DNA of 63,488 bases, filler included, from Octopus bimaculoides (GCF_001194135.2; 5 parts of 4 records of this genome joined end to end with filler, not necessarily neighbours in it), one strand, 5' to 3'; counted from the first letter of the whole stretch, positions 13,137 through 25,620 are shown. Made by a program: numbers and translations. The notes: a model not told the origin generated them from the sequence alone.

Positions 13137-13888
13137 AACTCGCTCCACCGGATTCTATCCTTTAATTAGGTTATTTTCAAAATTTGTGTCCGAATCGATA
13201 CGATCAGAGACTTTTGTTGAACAATAGCGTTTTAATGGAACAGAAATTATGTAAAGCTTCTTTAATTTACGTTAGAAACAACGCAACTGTTTACTTTTGT
13301 TGACTTTTGCTTTACTGTTTTTTTTTTTGTTGTTTTCTTTTTGTTTTGTTTTGTTCATTGCTTATTAAAAAAATGTTTTCTTCATTCATTTCGCCCTTAA
13401 CCTATATTCATTCTGGTTTATTTGTTTTTATGTTTTTATTTTATTTAAATAACTATTTCATAGACAACATCTGCAAAAAGGTTTATTAAACAACAAAGAT
13501 AAAGAAAAGAAAAGAAAGAGAGAAAATCGACAACAATACTTTTGCATCGATTATCGGCCGTTCGTTATTATTGAATATCAATCAAATATTACAAGAATGG
13601 CGCTCTTTAGACGACTACCTTCAAACAACTTCCTCTCTTTCTCATTATTTCCGTATCTTGCTCTATCTCTCTCTCTCTCTCCTTGTCACTTTCTTTCTCT
13701 TTCGCTTTCTCTTTCATTCTGTCTCTATCACTACACACACACAAACACACGCACACACGTATACGCACGAACACACATACACAATTATAAAGGCAAATCG
13801 ATCGAAAGTTATGTGTAAGTAGAGTAAAGGAACTTGTCTAAATAGCTTTCTTACATGTGTGTATGACTATATAAATATGTATATATAG

Positions 13889-13919
<31 letters not shown>

Positions 13920-13976
13920 AGTGTGTATGTGTGTGAGTGTGTGTGTGTGTGTGTGTATATATATATGTAATGTATG

Positions 13977-14026
<50 letters not shown>

Positions 14027-14027
14027 C

Positions 14028-14059
<32 letters not shown>

Positions 14060-14230
14060 TGACAAACAGACAGACAGACAGACAGATAGATAGATAAATA
14101 GATACACTCATACATGTATTCTATTTACCTATATTTATGTATGTATACATACGTTTATACATACATATATAAATGTATATATGTGCGTGTGTGTATTCAT
14201 ATATATATTCGTGTGTATATATATATGTGT

Positions 14231-14261
<31 letters not shown>

Positions 14262-14291
14262 TGAATATATATATATTCGTATATGTATATG

Positions 14292-14350
<59 letters not shown>

Positions 14351-14834
14351 TATACATATAAATATATATCTCACTTCATACCCCTTCAATTTCCGTGCAC
14401 ATCTGTTAGTATTGGTGTCTGTGTGTTTGTGTATCCGAATGAGTGTGCTTCCAACCTAATTTCACTGATCGTTATTTCATTAATGTATCCTATCAGTCGA
14501 TCTATCGATCTAATAAGTTTGATAACTATCTTAATTTTCACAGTCAAACATTGCTTTCATCTTCATCTATCTCTCCTTATAACTCATTTTATCTTTTATC
14601 TTTTCATTTTGCTCTTTTATGTTTGTTTGTTTTTTTCTCCTTTTAAATTCTTTGCAAATTAACCACAGTTGTTTTGTTTTTTGTTTTTTGGTTGGGGATT
14701 TTTCGGGTCTTTACTTTTTTTCATTTCTCCTTTTAATCGCACTCCTTATTGTAAATAAAGAAGCGATTATTATTGTTATTGTTACTACCATTACTACTAC
14801 TGCTGCTTCTGTTGTTGTTGATTTTGTTGTTATG

Positions 14835-15053
14835 AAGGCGGTAAGCTGGCAGAATCTTTAGCCCACCAGACGAAACCGTTAGCGACATTTCGTCCATTTT
14901 TATGTTCCGAGTTCAAATTTCGCCGAGGTCGACTTTGCCTTTTATCTATTTGAGGTCGTTGAAAAAAGTACCCGTTGAACACTGGGATCGATCTACTCGA
15001 CCATACCCCACCCCACTAAATTTCAAGCCTTGTACCTATAGTAGAAAAGATTA
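14835..15053 (+). mobile_element. Family B (Meta-type) SINE
   Basis: AAGGCGGTAAGCTGGCAGAATC head, GTCGACTTTGCCTTT core and CCTATAGTAGAAAAGATT tail. Confidence 0.85.
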
Positions 15054-15092
15054 TTATTATTGTAGGCTTTGTCTTTCATGCTTTCGGGGGTC

Positions 15093-15149
<57 letters not shown>

Positions 15150-15151
<2 letters not shown>

Positions 15152-15720
15152 GCCCTGATGCAGTACCAGGCAGTGGCTCTCATGGCTTCTGATCTTAATT
15201 GATTGGAAGTGTTATTATGTACATTGTTTTGTCTTGGTATAAAAAGATGGGCTACAGCAAATATTCTACTTAATACCACAGATTTGCTTGTCAGTTGTTT
15301 GACCTTAACCAGTTGAGCATATCCCCTGGTGGCTGACGATGTGTGCATCTCTGATCATGAGCAGAAGTAGTGTGGGAGCATCATAGCCAGGTGTTGAGAG
15401 GAATTCTTTGGGGTTTGAATAATTCACCTTTGGAAACATAGTTGTTTTGCTCAACATCCTTAAACAAACCTTATTCAGAGACCTTTTGAGCAGGATGGGC
15501 TACTCGACCTGAAGAAAATTCTAACTGGGCCCCACCTGCGAGGTCATGCGCTGTTTATCTTGATATGAGATCACCATGTCGCGCACATATGGTTGTGATG
15601 CATGTGTCTGGTCTACCCTCATCAGACGGGTAGTCATGATGGATATAATGGGCTTCGTATATTTTACCCCAGTGTCACTTTGATGGCATGTACTGCTCTC
15701 TCACTCAATAATAACAATAA
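15150..15720 (+). mobile_element. Retroposed repeat with (AAT)n tail inserted into an (AAT)n microsatellite
   Basis: About 560 bp of higher-complexity sequence bounded by (AAT)n on both sides and ending CTCTCTCACTC-AATAATAAC. No readable ORF, so the family is not identified. Confidence 0.5.
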
Positions 15721-15796
15721 TAATAATGATAATGATAAAGATAATAATAATCCTTTCTACTAAAGGCACAACGCCTGAAATTTTAGGGGAAAGGAT

Positions 15797-15841
<45 letters not shown>

Positions 15842-16249
15842 TACATATATATTTATATATCTGTGGGTACATATGTATATCTATATTCAGGTACGTATGT
15901 ATGCACGTTACGTATGCTTCTAGTAGAGGCGCCATTAATCAGAACTTTCAGGATTTTGAAGAATGTGTGACTACCTCATAAACAACACTAGTCTTAATTC
16001 CAACCGGATTAGCAGACTTGCAATCTCTGACTCACTGACTCACTGACTCACTGACCGGCTTTTGTGGTTTCTTGGTCTCATTGTGGTCCATAAAAGCCGG
16101 CCGGTCGTCACTTGACTGGTCCGCTACCGTTTCCTCCTAGTCTCTACTTTTCATCAGGTTCTTATTCAGATCGTTGTCGATAACAAACAATACCTCGATT
16201 TCATTTCCTCAACGTTTGCAGCAAACCGGACGTCCCACTCCCACCCCCA

Positions 16250-16274
16250 CTTCCTCTTCTTCCTCCTTCTCCCC

Positions 16275-16307
<33 letters not shown>

Positions 16308-16377
16308 TTCTTCTTCTTCTTTTCCTTTTTCTTATTTTTCCTCATCATTATCATCATTATCATCATCATTTTCTTCC

Positions 16378-16408
<31 letters not shown>

Positions 16409-16616
16409 CTTCTTCTTCTTCTTCTTCTTCTTCTTCTTCTTCGTCGTCGTCATTGTCGTCGTCATCGTCGTCGTCGTCATCGTCATCATCATCATCATCG
16501 TCGTCATCATTTCTTCTTCCTCTTTTTCTTCTTCCACTTCTTTCTCTGCTTTCCTTTTTTCCCTTATTTTTACCATTATTAACATCATTATTTTCCTTTA
16601 TCCCCCTCCTTCTCAC

Positions 16617-16648
<32 letters not shown>

Positions 16649-16897
16649 CCTTCTTCTTTTTCTTCTTCTTCTTCTCCTCCTCCTTCTCCTCCTCCTCCAT
16701 TTCTTCATATTCTGTCTTTAAACTTTTCTTCATCTTCGCATTTTTCTCTAATTTTCTTCAGACTTTAATTCTTCTAATAAATTCTTCTTCCATTCCTTTA
16801 ATACTCCTGTTCATGGTCCTGCCAAGTCATCGAATTATTCTTTCAGTAATTCTTTTTTTTTTTTTTCTTTTGCTACCTCTCCATTTTTTCCTCCTTG

Positions 16898-16928
<31 letters not shown>

Positions 16929-17026
16929 CTTCTTCTTCTTCTATCTTTCCTCCTCCTCCTCCTCCTCCTCTTTCTTCTTCTTCTTCTTCTTCTTCTTCTT
17001 CTTCTTCTTCTTCTTCTTCTTCTTCT
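16250..17026. repeat. Compound trinucleotide microsatellite tract (TCA/TCT/TCG/CCT)
   Basis: Alternating runs of related trinucleotides. These generate the spurious 302-aa poly-S/F ORF. Confidence 0.95.
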
Positions 17027-18897
17027 NNNNNNNNNNNNNNNNNNNNNNNNNNNNNNNNNNNNNNNNNNNNTTAATTAATTAANNNNNNNNNNNNNNNNNN
17101 NNNNNNNNNNNNNNNNNNNNNNNNNNTGTGTGTGTGTGTGTGTGTGTATGTATGTGTAGGTATATATATATATATATATTTGCATGTATGTGTGTATGTG
17201 TATATAGTTGTATATATGTGTGTATATGTATGTGTGCATATGTATATATTTATTTATATTTATATACGTCTTATGTGAATACGTACTTCTTTATTTTACT
17301 TGTATCTTCCCTCACACTTGCACCCCGATATGTGTATGTGTGAGTGTATGCACATTTTTTGTGTGTGTGTATGTGTGAGTTGTGTATGTGTGTATGTGTG
17401 TATGTATGTATATGTGTATGACTGTATATCCTTATGTGTCAAGTGTATACGTTTTCTCTATCACTTGTAATTTTATAATAATTCTATCCTTCATATATTC
17501 GCTTTTTGTTCCTACATTTTTTCTGATTGTCTCTCTTACCCCGGGTTAGTTTTGAGTAACGTAACTATCTTGAATACACTAACCGGTCTTGTCTGATCGA
17601 TGTTTTTTTTTATTTGTTAAGTTCTCTTTGCTTTTTTTCTTAAATATTGTAACTTTTTCAAACATAGCCTTGCCGATCACTTTTTAGCCTCGTGTAAAAT
17701 ATTTTTTTTTCGTTTTTCGATATTAATGTGTATAGGTTTCTATGGTTTTTTCTACTAGTCCACCTGTTACGTTATATTCTACCACACACACGTGGCCCTG
17801 TTTATTATACCTTGTCTCGACCTGTTACCATTTAAAAAAATATATCCGTTAGATTTTTATTCTTATTTTTATGTTATAGTTTACTGCACATATAGACATG
17901 CATACACATTGATATGTCTGTCTTTTTTTCTTTTTCGTCTCTCTTACTATGATTTTTTCTGTTATTTCTCCCTTTTACAACTTGCTTGTGAATATCCAAT
18001 TTTTTCCCTATTACCCTATTTGCATTCTCCCTTATTGTATCTTATTTTAATTTACTTTATTTTATTAAACCTTTTTTTGATGTCCTTACAAAAATTCCTC
18101 ACGCTGATGAAAATGACAATGCATAAATTTAATTATAATTACTCTGGTTATAATATTTTTGTTACATGTTTGTATTTTCCTTTGAAACGCGCGTATGTAT
18201 TGAATCCTATTTTGTATTAAATCTAATTTTGATGCAACATCTTTTTCTCCTCTATAATTGGTTATGGTATATTTATACCCATAACGATATTTTTCAACTA
18301 TATATATATGTATGTATGTATGTATATATATGTAGGTAGGTAGGTAGGTAGGTAGGTAGGTAGGTAGGTAGGTAGGTAGGTAGGTAGGTAGGTATATACA
18401 CGCGTATGCCACATGCGGATAACTGCACACCTATTAATTTAGAATACAACGTATTTACTGGAGAGGTTATAAGATATAGAAAAGTAGTTAGTTGATGTGA
18501 TTTATTGTTTGATAAAAATAGTAATCTTAGTAATCTTATAAAACGAAAGATTAGGTACGGAAATAATATGAAAAGATTAATTAAAGTTAGCTTATACAAT
18601 GATATTTTAAGTAACTTTGCCGTAATTTCAACTTGTATTTAAGTTACAAATTAAAATTTTAAGATTGATGCTAAATATTGTTAAAATGATGAGCACATTT
18701 GATTAAAGCAAACTAATATAATAGTGTATGCTTGGGGTGTAAAATCGACGTGATTTATTAATGCGTTTTCTTCTCGTTTATTCTTCTTCCTCCTTCCGTT
18801 TCTTCTTTTTTCTCTCCTTTTCATTAATGAATGATGATCACTTCTGCTTTCTAGTCTTCCCTTCCCCGACGAGTTCCTGTTCAACAAATATTTGTCT

Positions 18898-19210
18898 TTT
18901 TCAATGACATGATTGAGGAGATGAGGGGCAACATTTGGCTTCCTTGAAATACGCATGACTGAGCGTTCATTATCAAAACTTTTTTTATTTTTATAAATTT
19001 AAAATTTCACTTTTTTAAATCACGTTATGTTTCTTGTATTTTACTTATTAGTATTTATGTACATTTAAATTATTAGTACTTAATTTATACAGTTGTTTAA
19101 TTTTTGTCTAATGTACATTTGATTTGGATTCAGAATACTCTTTTTCAATGACTTGATTGAGGAGATGAGAGGCAACATTTAACTTCCTTGAAATATACGT
19201 GACTGGGTGT
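18898..19210. repeat. Diverged ~70-bp direct repeat with ~244-bp spacing
   Basis: TTTTCAATGAC(A/T)TGATTGAGGAGATGAG(G/A)GGCAACATTT..CTTCCTTGAAATA at 18898 and 19142. Confidence 0.8.
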
Positions 19211-19559
19211 TGAATACTCTCAAACAGCGTTAGACTATTTTTAACATCGCCTTAAGGAGTCAAAATCAAGATGTTATCCGATCGGTAGCCGACGAGGGAT
19301 GTTCCCCAGTAATGTTAAATGTTTTAGTTCTCTCATTAATGTTTCTGTAATTTATCATTGCCTTCTTTGAATAGTTTTATTTGCCTAGGTTAATGCAGAC
19401 TCTTACTTATATTGTTCCTTAGTAGAGTATACATTAGCAGTTACATAATAAATTACGCTGGTGATACTGTTTTGTAAAATACGACTAGTTTATTTGGACC
19501 GTAATATATTATACAGAAGATATGAAACATATTTATGCGCACGTGTATGTTTATGCATA

Positions 19560-19850
19560 TATATGCATGTATGTATGTCATTATTCAGTTTATATCAAGA
19601 TTTCTTACCAATAGAGAAAGAGTCTCGACCGCCTCGGTCGCGTGTCCTAGCGTGCGTAATACACTGACACCTAGATCCAAGTTTCCTTCATGGGAATTTT
19701 AAGATCAACAAGGTATTTTTGCATATAGGTGTGTATATGTGCAATATTTGGAGTCAGTGCATGTGCAGATTTGTATGTTTTATTTTATGTATGTATTCTC
19801 ACACATATAGTTACATGTTTAAACATGCACATATATACTTAAATGATACA
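19560..19850 (-). mobile_element. 3' UTR fragment of an R4/Dong-like LINE
   Basis: Reverse complement of the 3' UTR at about 43570-43850 (…GGATCTAGGT…CTCTTTCTCTATT…). Further copies lie at about 33500-33610 and 54790-54960. Confidence 0.75.
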
Positions 19851-19862
19851 TACATATGCATG

Positions 19863-19896
<34 letters not shown>

Positions 19897-20229
19897 TGTA
19901 TGTGTGTGTGTGTGTGTGTGTCTATATGATGGCTACAAGTTGATTTCGAGTAATGCCATCATTTTGGGTATGAGTAGCACTGATGTGACTTTTCAGTGCT
20001 GCTAGGGACTAACACTCTTTTTAAAAGCATGGCAATGACAGGCACCTCTTTTCCACACTCCCTCCAAGTAGGGATGCTCAATATGATACATAGTTAACCA
20101 CCTCCCTTCACGTGTGTGGCTCCTTTGATAACTTCTAACGCCTGCCTCACTTAGACAGACACGCTCACACTCGTTACATGTTAAACTGAACTATTCACAC
20201 TCGATACGATTTTATTCAAATTCCCTCCT

Positions 20230-20640
20230 CTCATTATGCCCTGCTTTCCTCCATGATGAACGATCTAGAGTAAGGTTTTCCCATCCATTTTCCGAGGTTT
20301 TGGGCTTTTCTAGTGTATTCTTGATGCAGTTCTTAATTTACATTAATTTCGGTTTGATCACTGGTCTTTTACCCAGGGCTAACTCACCAGCAGAAATTGC
20401 TCAGGGATTCGTTCATCATTCATCATCACCATACGACCACTCCATCGTAACCGGTGCTGAAGTACTAGAGACTCTACACTGGTAGTTGCTGATAGTCACA
20501 GCGTTCGACTCAGGATGATCAGGTCGTCATTTCAGTACTTGGGTCGGATGGTGTGCTGTGGTCTCCAGCAAGGCAATGTAGCAGCTCTGTTTCCCGTCAG
20601 CTCTTATATCATGGAAGGTATGCTGTGTCAAGGGAGGGAG
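20230..20640 (-). pseudogene. RTE-clade LINE C-terminal ORF relic
   Basis: Minus strand reads LQHRLRWSGRMVMMNDERIPEQFL/GELALGKRP…WENLTLDRSSWRKA. This matches the RTE C-terminal LRW.GH..RM...RIP..L.GEL..GKR…W…A.DR..WR pattern. Confidence 0.8.
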
Positions 20641-20999
20641 GGCCAAGAGGGTGTCAATGTCTACTCGTGACTACATGTATACCTAAAACATTTAGCAAAA
20701 GCATAGCACATAATACCAAGCCATAATCATTCGCGAGTAGTGACAGTGTAATAATCTTATGCATAGGTATTGCTGACATTCTGCGTAGGGCAATGGTCAG
20801 TGATAGTATTCGTCGGTCACGAGTGGACAGCCGTCATGTATTCATATGATCAAGCCGCTAAGGTGACATTTAAATTTCTGACACTATTAAAATATTTGTC
20901 TTTACTATCATGCGTCTTATCATCAGTGTTTTGTATAAATTAAGTAACAGCAGCATATACCGACTTCTTTAATTGCTATTGATTAAGTTTTTAAATTTC

Positions 21000-22030
21000 C
21001 AAAAATACTCACCAACTGGAAACGCTACCTCATACATAACTAAAGGAAGGAGATATGAGACAATGGTCGTTGAATTTAGGACAGTAGAGGAGGTGAGGAC
21101 GCTGGCGAGTGTGGTGGTGAAAACAGAGGAAGTAGCGCTTATGCCCACATGCCTTGGAAGAAAGACTTCCAGGGTAAGAGTAGAAGCAATCCCACCTGAT
21201 ATAGAAGTGGCTTGGGTGGCAGTGGCTGTCCTTGTTCGAAACGAGGAGAAGTTGGCTGTCCTTCAAGCCACAGAAACGGAAGAAGGAGGGTGGAAAGGGA
21301 AGACACTAGAACTAATTATACAGGCAGATGAAGGACAACTAGAGAGTTTGGCAGAGACGCTGACGTTGGGAAAAATTGTGCTGAGAGTGTAGATTGAGGG
21401 CAGAGTACCACGTTGTTTTAAATGTGGCCAAAAGGGTCACATTAGAGGACAATAGCAGAGGAAACAGTTGCGGAGACGGAAGAGAAAAGAGAGGAAGAAA
21501 AGACTGACGGAGGACAGGAGGAAAAGGAGGAAGACTGGAGCATAACAGAGAGTAGAAGGAAGAGAAAAAAGTAAGAACACTGAGTGTGATGTGGTACCCC
21601 AGTCCAACTCCATCCCACTCAAGACCACTCAGACCCACCTTCCCCATACAGACACCAAACCCACCTACCCCACTTCCCTACAGGAAAAAAGAAAAAAAGA
21701 GCAGACACGCCAGAATTTAGAAGACCCCTCGCCCGGTGAAAAAGGTTACGAGAGAGTGCAGTCATTTAGCGATAGCGGAACTGGAACAGAGATTAAAAGG
21801 AAATTAGGACTCGGAGGCGGCGAGTGGTGTTGCTCAGTGTGGGATGAGTAGCACAATCTTCATATTTTCATTTTCAACTATCACGCATGTTATCATAATT
21901 TTAATTTGTTCTCCATGTTCATTTTCATGTGTCATTCATAATATCATATTTTATTTTTATATATTTTTAATTGTTATATGTCCCAACATGTGTCGTAGTG
22001 TCCCTCTATTGAAATATTGAAATAAAGAAC
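21000..22030 (+). pseudogene. Gag/ORF1-like CCHC zinc-knuckle ORF relic of a non-LTR retroelement, followed by an AT-rich 3' UTR and AATAAA
   Basis: Reading through the TAG at 21390-21392 gives IEGRVPRCFKCGQKGHIRGQ (CX2CX4H, 21414-21440), with the last Cys position lost. An acidic stretch and WSITESRRKRKK follow, then a low-complexity tail and AATAAA near 22021. Confidence 0.75.
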
Positions 22031-22181
22031 CTTGCTTCCCAACCACATGGTTCCGCGTTCAGTCCCACTGCGTGGTACCTTGGGCAAGTGTCTTCTACTA
22101 TAGCCTTGGGTCGACAAAAGCCTTGTGAGTGGATTTGGTAGACAGAAACTGAAAGAAGCCCGTTGTATATATGTATGTATG

Positions 22182-22218
<37 letters not shown>

Positions 22219-23220
22219 ATAGACATATATGTGTGTGTGTATTTGAATGTCTGTGTTTGTCCACCACTATCGCTTGACAACCGATGATGGTGTGTTTACG
22301 TCCACGTTAACTAGGGATTCGGCAAAAGATATCGATAAAATAAGTACTAGGCTTACAAAGAATAAGTACTGGGATCGATTTGTTCGACTAAAGGCGGTGC
22401 TCCAGCATGGCCCCAGTGATAGGACTGAAACAAGTAAAAGAATTAAAGGATAAAAGAATATATATAGGTGCAGGAGTGGCTGTGTGGTAAATAGCCTGTT
22501 TACCAACCACATGGTTCTGGGTTCATTCCCACTGCGTGGCACCTTGGGCAACTGTCTTCTACTATAGCCTCGGGCCGACAAAAGCCTTGTGAGTGGATTT
22601 GGTAACGGAAACTGAAAGAAGCCTGTCGTAAATATGCATATATATGTATATGTATGTGTGTGTATATGTGTTTGTCCCCCCCCCCAACATCGTTTGACAA
22701 CCGATGGTGGTGTGTTTACGTCCCCGTAATTTAGCGGTTCGGCAAAAGACACCGATAGAATAAGTACTATGCTTCCAAACAATAAGTCCTGGGGTTCGAT
22801 TTACTCGACTAAAGGCGGTGCTCCAACATGGCCGCAACCAAATGACTGAAACAAGTAAAAGAGAGTAAAAGAGAGTATATATATAGGCGCAGGAGTGGCT
22901 GTGTGGTGAGTAGCTTGCTTACCAACCACATGGTTCCGGGTTCAGTCCCGCTGCGTAGGCCGACCAAAGCCTTGTGAGTGGATTTGGTAGACTGTAACTG
23001 AAAGAAGCCCGTCGTATATATGTATGTATATATATATGTATGTATGTATGTGTATGTATATGTTTGTGTGTCTGTTTTTGTCCCCCCAACATCGCGATAG
23101 AATAAGTACTAGGCTTATAAAGAGTAAGTCCTGGGGTCAATTTGCTCGACTAAAGGCGGTGCTCCAGCATGGCCGCAGTAAAGTGACTGAAACAAAAAAA
23201 AAGAGTAAAAAACAAAGAGT
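22030..23220 (+). mobile_element. Three head-to-tail family A (CORE-type) SINEs
   Basis: Copies at about 22030-22445 (5' truncated), 22467-22875 and 22886-23220 (with internal deletions), separated by short (TA)n runs. Confidence 0.9.
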
Positions 23221-23235
23221 ATATATATATATATT

Positions 23236-23475
23236 TAGTAGGAATGGCAACAAAAGAAAGAAAGAGGCCTCGATATTATGCAAATAGAGGAATGTATCTG
23301 TAAAAATATGTGACACTTATTCAGTAGCCATGATAAAACTCCAAGTGTCTATTTGAAATAGAATCTCCGGTGGCTGGATAACTGAAGAGATGGTTGGAGC
23401 GGAACACCGCCCGGGCATCGGAAACTCGGAGTTTTATCATGGCTACTGAATAAGTGTCACATATTTTTACAGATA
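23236..23475. mobile_element. Penelope-like pseudo-LTR fragment in inverted arrangement, locus 2
   Basis: Perfect 48-bp inverted repeat (23295-23342 and 23428-23475). The left arm continues with a tail homologous to 1044-1110. (TA)n runs lie on both sides. Confidence 0.75.
23370..23446 (+). ncRNA. Type I hammerhead ribozyme (PLE-type), second copy
   Basis: GTGGCT-G-GATAA CTGAAGA GATG…GCGG-AACA-CCGC…CATC G GAAA CTC-G-GAG TT TTATC-AT-GGCTAC. Core and stems match the copy at 1143-1217, except that the base before GAAA is G rather than C. Confidence 0.65.
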
Positions 23476-25228
23476 TATATATATATATATATATATATAG
23501 CCGATTACAAAGTAGAGCAGCCGGTGCCATGGAGTGCAGAAGTGATTTGGGTCTAACAACAAATACTTTAAAATTTTGAAATTACGAGAAATAGGATGTT
23601 GTGTTATACTTTTTTGTTTTGTTTTGTTTTTCTGTTTTTTTGTAATTAATTGTATAATTTCTTTTAGGGTAGTTCCAACATAACATTACGCTATTTTTGA
23701 GGCTTGGAATTGGAGAGTAAACTATAAATGGAAATATTTTTTTTTTTTAAACCGACCTTGTTGGCACGTCAAAATCAAAAGTACAAAGGAATTTCTCAGT
23801 GACTAAGTAGATGTCAGGTATCAGGCGTTTCCTCTACTGGAGACTTATATCATGGAAGCACACAAGAAAATATCCGAAAGATTGTAGCAGGTCAACAGAG
23901 TACCAGAATGGTTCTGATGAAATCTACTAGCCCAGTCACAAGAAATCGAAAGTCAGAAAACTAAAACAGTTGAGATGATGAAGCAGTAACGACCGAAATT
24001 GTATTATCAGATCGATAAAATATCTTGATCCCAGCATTAATTCGGATCTGATCAGACGAGGTTCACAAGATTAAGAGATTGCTGAAAATTATATAACTGT
24101 GATTTTTGTGATAGACTGAAATGTCTTCATTTCTTAATGAATACAAAAATTAAAATAATACGTAAAAGTAAAGATATCTATTATTCAAATATAATAACAT
24201 CATACCGTCATATTATTAAAAATCTATTATATAATCTAATTACAACTTTTAATTACAATATTTTTAGTGATAAATTCAATTTCTAGCATATTTTAAGGAA
24301 GTGAGATATATGGATAAGTAGTGACTTTATGAATAATTATTTTCTCTACAATAAATTTTAGTTTAAAAATAAATAATGTTCCCCTAAGAAAAAACTTCTC
24401 ATTTCAAAAAGTACTACTACCGTGTCAAATTGAATCAGCGAATAAAATTGTACAAATTTATGTTATAGATTTTAGCTATCACTCCTCCTGGTCTGTATTA
24501 ATAATTCTTTCTACTAAGACAGTAGGGGTGGAGAGGACCCAAGGGGGTGGGGTGTACGTGCTTCCCTCAAGAAAAGAGGTGCGCTCTTCTAAATAATGTT
24601 ATTTTCTCCTGAAATTGTAGTCCCTTCTGACCTTGTGTGCCCTCCCTTCCGCGTAAAATTATTGCAAGTCAACATTTGAATAAGTAGGAGATTCTAAATG
24701 GTCAACGTTCTGAGATTAGTGTGAGCCCAGGTAGAGGACACAACACGGGTGATAAAAAGATAAGAAATGAGTCGGGAGTGTCTGAGCCTTCCAGGAAGCA
24801 CTGGTCTTCGTCTACTAGTAGCAGTTGTTATTGTTAAGCGAGCAGATCTATGATGAAAGGCGTTCTATTCGTAACCATCCCAAATGTGTACTCTTAGTAA
24901 GAAGGATGGGTATGATTTGCAAGAAATGTCTCCATCGCTGGTTTGTTCATCTACAACTAACCAAAATATTTCGCTGAAATATGCACGCTTTCTTTAAGAA
25001 GTGGGTGTCTTCTCATGTTGATAAAAGTTAAAATATTGGCAAAAATGAGATATTTTTATAAGCTATATTGGCACTCAGAAGTCGCCACTACAGGGAAAAT
25101 TATTTTTCGCTGCGACTATTAAGTTTGCAGTCTATCACCACAGCGTTATCAGAGTAAGACACATTAGCAATCATATTGTCATTCACAGTCAATATAACCT
25201 TACAATATTCTGGAACTGAAAATAAATG

Positions 25229-25402
25229 GCGTGACTATGTGATAAGAAGCTTGCTGCCCAACCACATGGTTGAGGGTTCAGTCCCACTGCGTGGCACCTT
25301 AGCCAAGTGTCTTCTACTATAGCCCCAAACCGACTAAAGCCTTGCAAGTGGATTTGGTAGACGGTAACTGAAAGACCGTCGTATGTGTGTGTGTATGTGT
25401 GT

Positions 25403-25443
<41 letters not shown>

Positions 25444-25620
25444 TGTAATTGTTCCCCACCACCGATTGAGAACCGGTGATGGTGTGTTTACGTCCCCGTA
25501 ATTTAGAGGTTCGGCCAAAGAGAATAAGTACCAGGTTTCAAACTAGGGTCGATTAGTTCGACAAAAATTCCTCAAGGCGGTCTCCCAACATGGCTGCAGT
25601 CTAATGACTGAAGCTAGTAA
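25229..25620 (+). mobile_element. Family A SINE, diverged
   Basis: Collinear with 12587-13011, including the central (TG)n tract. Confidence 0.85.

Noticed and set aside
16174-17082. 302-aa ORF and other long poly-amino-acid ORFs (poly-I, -L, -S, -YI, -TH, -CV, -X)
   Set aside because: These are translations of microsatellites or N gaps with no domain content.
17027-17126. TTAATTAATTAA flanked by exactly 44 N on each side; also at 30847, 51217 and 60937
   Set aside because: This is a 100-bp artificial contig spacer with stops in all six frames. It is an assembly artefact, not a biological motif.
18820-18970. C/D box snoRNA candidate (ATGATGA…CTGA with terminal complementarity)
   Set aside because: The bulge is on the wrong side for a K-turn, I recognise no rRNA antisense element, and it overlaps a local duplication.
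22030-23220. CRISPR-like repeat-spacer pattern
   Set aside because: The units are ~400-bp SINEs with tRNA heads in a eukaryotic context. There are no short constant repeats and no cas genes.
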